Shown: in pieces, positions 16,825 through 24,102 of the stretch
Numbering within the stretch: position 1 is the stretch's first letter
How the letters are laid out: every line of letters starts with the position of its first letter
Source: Patescibacteria group bacterium
GTDB lineage: Bacteria; Patescibacteriota; Patescibacteriia; Patescibacteriales; JAQTRU01
DNA: 48,191 nucleotides
Direction of reading: 5' to 3'
NCBI GenBank assembly: GCA_028711655.1
Contig: JAQTRU010000002.1
Span: 1 to 48,191, forward strand
Made by a program: the position numbers and the translations under genes
Notes under the pieces: model-generated
Database searches by the model: none
The model's input: only the letters and a program-made list of their open reading frames with translations
Told to the model about the DNA's origin: nothing

Positions 16825-19818
16825 ATGGTAGAAAAAAATAATAAAAATACGGGAAAAAACAGCTCTCTTCCGGCTATGGAAGAGGAGATTTTGAATTTTT
16901 GGGAGAAAAATAGAATTTTTGAAAAATCCGTGAAAAATCCCCCTCGCCCCCAAGGGGGTAAATCCCCCCTACCCCCCTTTGCTAAAGGGGGTATTAAGGA
17001 TTATGTTTTTTATGACGGGCCGCCTTTTGCGACCGGAACTCCGCATTACGGGCATATTGTTGCTAGTTTAATGAAAGATATTGTGCCGCGATATTGGACC
17101 ATGAAAGGATTTAGGATAGAAAGAAAATGGGGCTGGGATTGTCATGGCTTGCCCATTGAGAATATAGTTGAGAAAGAAATGGGGACTAAAAGCAAAAAAG
17201 ATATTGAAGAAAAAGGAATTGATAAATTTAATGAGCAATGTTGTTCAAAGGTTTTAGAATATGCTAAAGACTGGGAAAAGGCGATTAGGCGCATGGGGCG
17301 CTGGGTTGATATGAAAAATTCTTATAGGACTATGGATTTGGATTATATGGAGTCTATTTGGTGGGTATTTAAGGAATTATGGAATAAGGAATTGATTTAT
17401 AAAGATTATCGGTCAATGCATATCTGCCCCAGATGCGAAACTACTCTTTCCCAATCAGAAGTGGCGGAGGGTTACAAAATGGTGAAAGATTTATCGGTCA
17501 TAGTCAAGTTTGAAATCACGAATAAAACCCCCCTTACCCCTGCCTACCGGACAGGCAGGCCCCTTTTGAAGGGGGGCGAAAATGAAGCGAAAGTGTATTT
17601 ACTGGCGTGGACCACGACTCCTTGGACTTTGATTGGGAATGTTGCTTTGGCCATAGGAGAAGATATTGATTATAGAATGGTTGAGAGCGAAGGAGAATAT
17701 TATATATTCGCAAATGAGATGTTGCCTGAAATACAAGAAAAAAGTGGAAAAAAGTTTAAAATGATAACTAAAATTAAAAGCGAAGAATTGATTGGCGAGA
17801 AGTATAAGCCTTTGTTTGATTATTATACTAAAGATAAAAATTTAGAAAATTTAGAAAATGGCTGGAAAGTTTATGCCGCGGACTTTGTAACAACCGAAGA
17901 AGGAACCGGAATTGTCCATATTGCGCCGGCATTTGGTGAAGACGATATGAATTTAGGCAAGGATAAGAACCTGCCGTTTATTCAGCATGTTGGCATGGAC
18001 GGAGTTATCAAAGACGAAGCTAAGGATTTTGCCGGTTTGCACGTTAAGCCAGCTGATGATATAACCGCCACTGATGTGGAAATAATAAAATATTTAGCAA
18101 AAAAGGGTTTATTATTCGCTAAAGAAAAATATGAACATAGCTATCCGCATTGTTGGCGCTGCGATACGCCTTTATTAAATTACGCTACGTCTTCTTGGTT
18201 TGTAAATATTACGAAAATAAAACCGAGAATGTTAGAGTTAGCTAAAAAAATAAACTGGACGCCAAAGCATATTAAGGCCGGCCGATTTGGCAACTGGCTT
18301 GAAGGGGCGCGTGATTGGTCAATTTCGCGGCAAAGGTTCTGGGCAAGCGTTATCCCGATTTGGGAATGCGATAAATGCGATAAGCGGAAAGTCATCGGGT
18401 CTGTTAAAGAACTTGAAGACTTAGGCGGTGAAAAAGTTGATGATTTACATAAACATATTGTTGATAAAATTACTTTTGCCTGCGATTGCGGTGGAAAAAT
18501 GACGCGCGTGCCTGACGTGTTGGATTGCTGGTTTGAATCAGGGTCTATGCCTTACGCGCAGATGCATTATCCTTTTGCCAATAAAGAAAAATTTGAAAAG
18601 AATTTTCCAGCTGAATTTATCGCGGAAGGCATTGATCAGACCAGAGCTTGGTTTTATTATTTACATGCTATTGCTACCGGGATTAAAGATAGCCATGCTT
18701 TTAAAAACGTTATTGCTAACGGCATAGTTTTAGCTGAAGACGGGAAAAAGATGGCTAAAAAATTGCAGAATTATCCTGATCCGATGGAAGTTATGGAAAA
18801 ATACGGCGCCGATCCTTTACGTTATTATCTTTGCGCTTCACCGGTTATGAAAGCGGATAATATAAATTTTTCCGAAAAGGATATGGCTGAACAAACCAGA
18901 TTTTTTAATATTTTGCTGAATGTTTTGTCTTTTTACAAAATGTTTGCCGTTGATTTAAAGGTGGAGAATTTAGAAAAGAAAGATTTGGTTAATGTTCTGG
19001 ATAAATGGATAACCGCCCGGCTGGAACAGACTAAGCAAATTATAACGGAGAAGATGGATAATTATGATTTGCAAGCCATCAGGGAAATTCCGATTTTTAT
19101 AAATGACTTATCAACCTGGTATGTGCGGCGTTCTCGCGATAGATTTAAAGGCGAGGACGAGGCAGATAAGATGCGAGCTTTAAAAACTTTACGTCGAACT
19201 TTATATCATCTGGCGCGGATTATGGCGCCGTTTATGCCTTTTACGGCCGAACATATTTATCAGGAATTAGGCGCGGATGTTGAGTCAGTTCACCTTAAAG
19301 AATGGCCAGAGGTTAGAAAAGAGTGGATTGATGAAAAGGTTTTACAAGAGATGGAGCAGGTGAGAAAAATCGTGGAGTTGGGATTAGCGGAAAGGGATAA
19401 GGCGGTAATTAAGGTGAGGCAACCATTACAAAAGCTAAAAGCTAAAAGTGAAAAGCTAAAAGCTGAGTATGTAGAATTGATAAAAGATGAGTTGAATGTG
19501 AAGGAGGTTGAATTTGTTGAAGGAGGAGAACTGGCGGTTGAGCTGGATACAGAAATGACGCCGGAATTGGTGGCGGAAGGAATAAAGCGGGAATTGGTGC
19601 GGACGATAAATAATCTGCGCAAAGAAACGGGCATGACAATTCAGGACAGAGCCGTAATTTATTATGAAACGGAAAACAAAGAAATAAGAGAGGTGTTTGA
19701 AAAATTCGGCGAAGAAATCAAGAAAGATACTTTAGCTGATGAAATCCGAATAGGCGGGGAGGGCAAGGTGGTTAAAATTAATGAAACAGAAGTTGGTTTG
19801 AAAGTTGAAAAGAAATAG
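16825..19818 (+). CDS. ileS: isoleucine--tRNA ligase, type 2 (eukaryote/archaea-like)
   Basis: FYDGPPFATGTPHYGHI (HIGH), CP1 editing region, KMAKKLQNYPDP (the type-2 KMSKS variant), 997 aa. Contains two in-frame palindromic repeat insertions. Confidence 0.95.
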   Translation: MVEKNNKNTGKNSSLPAMEEEILNFWEKNRIFEKSVKNPPRPQGGKSPLPPFAKGGIKDYVFYDGPPFATGTPHYGHIVASLMKDIVPRYWTMKGFRIERKWGWDCHGLPIENIVEKEMGTKSKKDIEEKGIDKFNEQCCSKVLEYAKDWEKAIRRMGRWVDMKNSYRTMDLDYMESIWWVFKELWNKELIYKDYRSMHICPRCETTLSQSEVAEGYKMVKDLSVIVKFEITNKTPLTPAYRTGRPLLKGGENEAKVYLLAWTTTPWTLIGNVALAIGEDIDYRMVESEGEYYIFANEMLPEIQEKSGKKFKMITKIKSEELIGEKYKPLFDYYTKDKNLENLENGWKVYAADFVTTEEGTGIVHIAPAFGEDDMNLGKDKNLPFIQHVGMDGVIKDEAKDFAGLHVKPADDITATDVEIIKYLAKKGLLFAKEKYEHSYPHCWRCDTPLLNYATSSWFVNITKIKPRMLELAKKINWTPKHIKAGRFGNWLEGARDWSISRQRFWASVIPIWECDKCDKRKVIGSVKELEDLGGEKVDDLHKHIVDKITFACDCGGKMTRVPDVLDCWFESGSMPYAQMHYPFANKEKFEKNFPAEFIAEGIDQTRAWFYYLHAIATGIKDSHAFKNVIANGIVLAEDGKKMAKKLQNYPDPMEVMEKYGADPLRYYLCASPVMKADNINFSEKDMAEQTRFFNILLNVLSFYKMFAVDLKVENLEKKDLVNVLDKWITARLEQTKQIITEKMDNYDLQAIREIPIFINDLSTWYVRRSRDRFKGEDEADKMRALKTLRRTLYHLARIMAPFMPFTAEHIYQELGADVESVHLKEWPEVRKEWIDEKVLQEMEQVRKIVELGLAERDKAVIKVRQPLQKLKAKSEKLKAEYVELIKDELNVKEVEFVEGGELAVELDTEMTPELVAEGIKRELVRTINNLRKETGMTIQDRAVIYYETENKEIREVFEKFGEEIKKDTLADEIRIGGEGKVVKINETEVGLKVEKK
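16938..16992 (+). repeat. C/G-run palindromic element translated in frame inside ileS (insert 1)
   Basis: CCCCCTCGCCCCCAAGGGGGTAAATCCCCCCTACCCCCCTTTGCTAAAGGGGG encodes PPRPQGGKSPLPPFAKGG just before the conserved FYDGPPFATG block. Includes the 8-bp stem CCCCCTTT/AAAGGGGG. Confidence 0.7.
17528..17577 (+). repeat. GCCTGCC/GGCAGGC-family hairpin translated in frame inside ileS (insert 2)
   Basis: CCCCCCTTACCCCTGCCTACCGGACAGGCAGGCCCCTTTTGAAGGGGGG encodes PLTPAYRTGRPLLKGG. The core CCTGCCTACCGG(A)CAGGCAGG nearly matches the intergenic copy at 37996-38016. Confidence 0.7.
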
Positions 19819-19856
19819 GATTCTTGGGATTCTTAAGACCCTTAGGATTCTTGGGA
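19818..19856. repeat. GGATTCTTRGG-family repeat, tandem copy after ileS
   Basis: GGATTCTTGGGATTCTTAAGACCCTTAGGATTCTTGGG starts on the last base of the ileS stop codon. Confidence 0.75.
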
Positions 19857-19865
19857 ATTACTTTT

Positions 19866-20123
19866 ATGAAAATTGAGAAAAAAATTTGGCCGGAATATTT
19901 TCGGGCGATTTTGGATGGCAGAAAAAATTTTGAGTTGCGGCTGGCCGATTTTAATGTTGGTGAAGGCGATATTTTAGTTTTGCGGGAGTGGAATCCTGAA
20001 AAGAAAGAATATACAGGCCGGAGTCTGGAAAAAGAAGTCAAATATACCTTAAAAATAAAAGAGACGAATTTTTGGCCGAAAGAAGAGGTTGATAAATATG
20101 GCTATCAGGTTATTGGTTTTTGA
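19866..20123 (+). CDS. ASCH / DUF3850-like PUA-fold protein
   Basis: MKIEKKIWPEYFRAILDGRKNFELRLADFNVGEGDILVLREWNPEKKEYTGRS matches the DUF3850 pattern (K.WPEYF....G.K.FE.R..D....GD.L.L.E......YTGR). ATG 19866 is preferred over the track start 19824, which translates the repeat. Confidence 0.65.
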   Translation: MKIEKKIWPEYFRAILDGRKNFELRLADFNVGEGDILVLREWNPEKKEYTGRSLEKEVKYTLKIKETNFWPKEEVDKYGYQVIGF

Positions 20124-21183
20124 TATGAAAGAAAAAATAGAGCCACAAATTGATTTTTCTGCTGACGCCAAAGATAGGGAAAAAGAAAGTTATTTTGAAA
20201 ATGAAAAAAGGCCAAAGTATCGTTATTTTTATCATGGAAATTTTGCGCCCTCTTTAGAAGAAATAAAAAGCAGCGGAGTGTTTAAATTTAGAGAATACTT
20301 TCCTAACATATATTTATCACCACTGTCTAGTTTTAGATTCTTGGAAAGTGAGATAAGAAAAGGTCCGCAACACATGTTAAGTCGAGGAAAACATCTTGGC
20401 CCAAAGGAAAGAAAAAACTTTAAACCCGAAGAATTAACGATTGAAGACAGCCGTTTATTGGTGATTGAGCCAACTGAAGAGTATAAGGCCCATAGCACAA
20501 ACGAGGGAAAACCGAATTTCTTTTCCACCCCGGATCAAATACCGGCCGATGTTGATAAAACAATTAGAACCCGTATTTGGCAAAGCTATCAGCATATGAT
20601 TTCTAAAGAGCCGATTGTCAATAAGTCGGAAGACGGAGTCAGGAGACCGGGCATCCATTTAAATAAAAGAATGTTACCGACCGGAGAATGGATAAATGTG
20701 GAAAGAGAAAAAAGAATGGAAATCCCGGGAGAAATGCCTGAGAGTTCTGTTAAAATGGTAATAAAAAGAGATAGGGAATTTTTAAAAATTTTTGAGGACA
20801 TGAGAAGGGAATTAGGGGAGGGTGGAAAATTTGATTTAGCAACCTATAGAAGCAAGTTAATGGATTATTTTAAGAATGGGGAAGGTATTATAAAAAATGA
20901 AGTAGAAGACGAGCAGGAATTAGCGGAGAATATGGTAACGGGCGAGTTGGAAAATTATATGGTAACGACTATGCGGAGCATATATCTGGATATTGAAAGA
21001 TTTAAAGGAAAGAAATTTATATCAGTAAAAGATAATAAAGAAGAGAATAGGCCGATTAGAACAAAAGACCAGATATTAGACAGAATAAATAGATTAAGAA
21101 CAATTGAACCTAATAATGAGGTTTTTAAAAGATATATGGAAATTTATACGGCGGGGTTGGAGAAAGAATTAGATTCACAATAA
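20098..21183 (+). CDS. hypothetical protein, no family recognised by eye
   Basis: Long clean ORF. ATG 20098 has AGAAGAGG 9 nt upstream and overlaps the ASCH gene by 26 nt; ATG 20125 is an alternative. Ends 3 nt before the next gene. Confidence 0.6.
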   Translation: MAIRLLVFDMKEKIEPQIDFSADAKDREKESYFENEKRPKYRYFYHGNFAPSLEEIKSSGVFKFREYFPNIYLSPLSSFRFLESEIRKGPQHMLSRGKHLGPKERKNFKPEELTIEDSRLLVIEPTEEYKAHSTNEGKPNFFSTPDQIPADVDKTIRTRIWQSYQHMISKEPIVNKSEDGVRRPGIHLNKRMLPTGEWINVEREKRMEIPGEMPESSVKMVIKRDREFLKIFEDMRRELGEGGKFDLATYRSKLMDYFKNGEGIIKNEVEDEQELAENMVTGELENYMVTTMRSIYLDIERFKGKKFISVKDNKEENRPIRTKDQILDRINRLRTIEPNNEVFKRYMEIYTAGLEKELDSQ

Positions 21184-21186
21184 TAT

Positions 21187-22263
21187 ATGGTAAAAGCTTT
21201 AGTATTACTTTCCGGCGGGCTGGATTCAATGCTGGCGGCAAAAATTTTAGCCGAACAAGGGATTGAAGTGACGGGGATTAGTTTTGCCAGTTGTTTTTTT
21301 GGAACAACAAAAGCGGAGAAAGCCGCGCAACAACTTGGCATAAAATTTAAAAAAATAGAATTTAAGGATGAACATCTGGGAATGGTAAAAAATCCGGCTT
21401 CGGGTTATGGAAAATGCCTTAATCCCTGCATTGATTGCCACGCTTTAATGATAAAGCGGGCCGGAGAAATAGCGAAAAAAGAAGGTTATGATTTTATTGC
21501 CACTGGTGAAGTTCTAGGACAGAGACCGATGTCGCAAAATAAGGAAGCGTTAAAAAGAGTAGAGAAGCTGGCCGGAATAGAAGTCCTGCGGCCTTTGTCA
21601 GCTTTGCTTTTGCCGGAAACGGAAATAGAAAAGAAAGGATTAGTAGATAGAAAAAAATTACTTGATATAACCGGCCGGGGGAGAGAAAGACAGATGGAAT
21701 TGGCAAAAAAATATGGCCTTACTTATCCATCTCCGGCTGGCGGCTGCTTATTAACTGATCCGGCTTTTAGCCAAAGAGCGCGGGAGATGATAAAAAATTG
21801 GCCGGAATGCGGGCCGGAAGATATAGAATTATTAAAGCACGGGCGAGTGTTCTGGGTTAATGCACGAAAGGAACGAATTAACACGAAAGAAAATACACGA
21901 ATGGGACGAATTAAAACAAAAAGCACTAATTTTATTCCGGCTTTAGTGGTGGTGGGGAGAGATAGGGAGGATTGTGAGGCGCTGGAGAAGTTGGTAAAAA
22001 AGGAGGATGTAATGATGGAGCTAGAAGAGGAGGTAGGACCGTTCACCCTTATAAGAAATCCAAATGCCAAAATCCTAATGACAAATCAAATCCAAATGCC
22101 AAAATCAAAAATTCCGGAAGAATTGGATGTTAGAGAGCTAAGGCTGGAGGAAGTTAAGGATGACAAAAAAATTTTGGAAATGGCGGGATTGCTGACTGGG
22201 TGGTATGCGGCTAAGGCAAGAGGGAAGAACGTCGCATATCGCATAACGCCTGTCTGCCGATAG
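21187..22263 (+). CDS. ThiI-like PP-loop ATP pyrophosphatase (AANH superfamily), probable tRNA sulfurtransferase without THUMP domain
   Basis: LLSGGLDSMLAA PP-loop, CLNPCIDCH, ATGEVLGQRPMSQNKEAL and VLRPLS follow the ThiI AANH-domain order. The C-terminal third carries repeat-derived low-complexity inserts. Confidence 0.7.
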   Translation: MVKALVLLSGGLDSMLAAKILAEQGIEVTGISFASCFFGTTKAEKAAQQLGIKFKKIEFKDEHLGMVKNPASGYGKCLNPCIDCHALMIKRAGEIAKKEGYDFIATGEVLGQRPMSQNKEALKRVEKLAGIEVLRPLSALLLPETEIEKKGLVDRKKLLDITGRGRERQMELAKKYGLTYPSPAGGCLLTDPAFSQRAREMIKNWPECGPEDIELLKHGRVFWVNARKERINTKENTRMGRIKTKSTNFIPALVVVGRDREDCEALEKLVKKEDVMMELEEEVGPFTLIRNPNAKILMTNQIQMPKSKIPEELDVRELRLEEVKDDKKILEMAGLLTGWYAAKARGKNVAYRITPVCR

Positions 22264-22282
22264 GCAGGCATATCGCATAACG
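22233..22282. repeat. hairpin element flanked by CATATCGCATAACG direct repeats, overlapping the 3' end of the ThiI-like gene
   Basis: CATATCGCATAACG (22235-22248), hairpin TGTCTGCC-GATA-GGCAGGCA, CATATCGCATAACG (22269-22282). Positions 22245-22272 are identical to 34420-34447. Confidence 0.8.
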
Positions 22283-22379
22283 TTCGGTCTAAGTCTGTTT
22301 TAATCTTATGCTAAATTAATAATTTAATAATATTTATAGTATTTACTTTCGTAAGTACTAAAGTAAGTATTAAAAAATT

Positions 22380-22934
22380 ATGAAAAAATTTTTGATCATT
22401 CTGGTAATCGTCGTAGTTATTGTGGCCGGCTATGGCTGGAGCCTCTATAACAAGATGGTTACCGGATCGGAAAACGTTGATAATGCCTGGGCGCAGGTGG
22501 AGACCCAGTATCAACGCCGTTTTGATTTAATTCCGAATTTGGTGGAATCGGTCAAAGGCATGATGGCGCAGGAACAGGAAATTTTTGGGCAATTAGCTGA
22601 AGCCAGAACTCGCTATTCCGGAGCTTCTTCCGTGAGCGAGAAAGCTGAAGCCGCCACCCAGGTGGAAAGCGCCTTGGGCAGGTTGCTGGTTATTATGGAA
22701 AATTATCCGGAGTTGAAATCAGCCGAGAACGTCCAGACTTTGATGGTGCAATTGGAAGGCACGGAAAACCGGATTAGCGTGGAGCGCAAGAGGTACAATG
22801 ATATGGCCCGCGATTTTAACGTCATGGTTAAAAGAGTGCCGGCGAGATGGTTTGCCTCTATGTTCGGGTTTAGCCAAAAGACTTATTTTGAGTCAGTTGA
22901 AGGCTCGGAAACAGCGCCAGCTGTAAATTTCTAA
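22380..22934 (+). CDS. lemA: LemA family protein
   Basis: N-terminal TM, then YNKMV...ENVDNAWAQVETQYQRRFDLIPNLVE...YPELKSAENV..L...LEGTENRISVERKRYND. Confidence 0.85.
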   Translation: MKKFLIILVIVVVIVAGYGWSLYNKMVTGSENVDNAWAQVETQYQRRFDLIPNLVESVKGMMAQEQEIFGQLAEARTRYSGASSVSEKAEAATQVESALGRLLVIMENYPELKSAENVQTLMVQLEGTENRISVERKRYNDMARDFNVMVKRVPARWFASMFGFSQKTYFESVEGSETAPAVNF

Positions 22935-22939
22935 ATTGC

Positions 22940-23040
22940 AATTTCTAATTTCTAATAAAATTTCAAATGTCTAATGCCAAATTTTGAATTAGAATTTTGA
23001 GCATTAAGCATTTTATTAGAAATTAGGTGAATTAGAAATT
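22940..23040. repeat. long inverted repeat built from ATTAGAAAT units between lemA and the TPM gene
   Basis: AATTTCTAATTTCTAATAAAAT (22940-22961) against ATTTTATTAGAAATTAG..AGAAATT (23010-23040); 17 bp are perfect and the loop is 48 nt. Confidence 0.7.
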
Positions 23041-23057
23041 AGGAATTCTTATCTTAG

Positions 23058-23945
23058 ATGTTTAGATTATTTAAAAAAACAACATTTGTCTTATTGCTAT
23101 TGTTATCCTTTGCGGCAATCCCGGCTTTGGCTTATTATAATCCGGGAACGCCGAGCGGTTTTGTCAATGATTACGCGGGAATGATGAGCGAGAGCGAAAA
23201 GCAAAGTTTGGAAGTTAAATTGGTGAATTTTGAAAGCCAGACCAGCAATGAAATCGCGGTAGTGATAATCCCAAGTTTAGATGGAGACACGATTGAAAAT
23301 TTCGCGGTCCGGCTTTTTGAAGACTGGAAAATCGGCAAAGCCAAAAACGACAACGGCATTTTAGTTTTAGTGGCCAAAGAAGACAGGCAGATGCGGATTG
23401 AAGTGGGGTATGGTTTGGAGGGAGCTCTGACCGACGCCCAGAGTTTTTGGATTATTGACGGTATAATGAAGCCGGCTTTTCGGGAGGAAAAATATTATGA
23501 AGGCATAGATCAGGCGATTGATAAAGTAATCGCGGCGACCCAGGGAGAATATATTCCGGAAAGCCAAGCGAGAGAATCTTCCGGAAGCTTTGATTGGGAA
23601 ACTATTTTTTGGCTGGGCCTTTTTGCCATGATATGGATGGCCAGTATCCTGGGCCGGAGCAAATCCTGGTGGGTAGGCGGAGTTATTGGCGGGATCATAG
23701 GGATTGTTATCGGTTTAATTAAAGGATTTTTGTTTTTTGGTCTAGCGTCTATCGCGATTTTAATTCCTTTTGGCTTGTTGTTTGATTTTATTGTTTCCAA
23801 AAATTATGCCAAACATAAAGCCGGCGGCACGATTCCCTGGTGGATTGGCGGCGGACGCGGCGGCAGAGGCGGATTTGGCGGGGGAGGATTCGGCGGTTTC
23901 GGCGGCGGGTTTTCCGGCGGTGGCGGAGCCAGCGGAAGATGGTAG
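23058..23945 (+). CDS. TPM-domain (YgcG-like) membrane protein with Gly-rich tail
   Basis: Signal peptide, TPM core (VNDYAGMMSE...NEIAVVIIPSLDG...GILVLVAKEDRQMRIEVGYGLEG), TM helices, and a GGGRGGRGGFGGGGFGGFGGGFSGGGG tail. This is the usual lemA partner. Confidence 0.8.
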   Translation: MFRLFKKTTFVLLLLLSFAAIPALAYYNPGTPSGFVNDYAGMMSESEKQSLEVKLVNFESQTSNEIAVVIIPSLDGDTIENFAVRLFEDWKIGKAKNDNGILVLVAKEDRQMRIEVGYGLEGALTDAQSFWIIDGIMKPAFREEKYYEGIDQAIDKVIAATQGEYIPESQARESSGSFDWETIFWLGLFAMIWMASILGRSKSWWVGGVIGGIIGIVIGLIKGFLFFGLASIAILIPFGLLFDFIVSKNYAKHKAGGTIPWWIGGGRGGRGGFGGGGFGGFGGGFSGGGGASGRW

Positions 23946-24003
23946 ATATTATGCGAATCTACAAATAAATGCTAATCTACGAATTGCGAATGTTTAGCTT
24001 AAG

Positions 24004-24032
24004 TTGACACAGGGTGAATATTTGTGTATAAT
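24004..24032 (+). promoter_or_regulatory. near-consensus sigma70 promoter
   Basis: TTGACA (24004-24009), 17-nt spacer, TGtgTATAAT with TATAAT at 24027-24032. Confidence 0.6.
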
Positions 24033-24062
24033 TTATAGGATTTGAAAAAAATAATCAAACTT

Positions 24063-24096
24063 CTAGCTGTCTATTTACTAGCTGTCTAGTTGTCTA
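24063..24096 (+). repeat. direct repeats CTAGCTGTCTA x2 plus GTTGTCTA in the 5' leader
   Basis: CTAGCTGTCTA at 24063-24073 and 24078-24088, partial copy at 24089-24096. Lies between the -10 box and ATG 24103. Confidence 0.65.
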
Positions 24097-24102
24097 AAGC
24101 AT

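Noticed and set aside
23770-23997. 75-aa + ORF overlapping the end of the TPM gene
   Set aside because: It is an alternative frame of the GGC-rich glycine tail (Ala-rich product) and has no independent signals.
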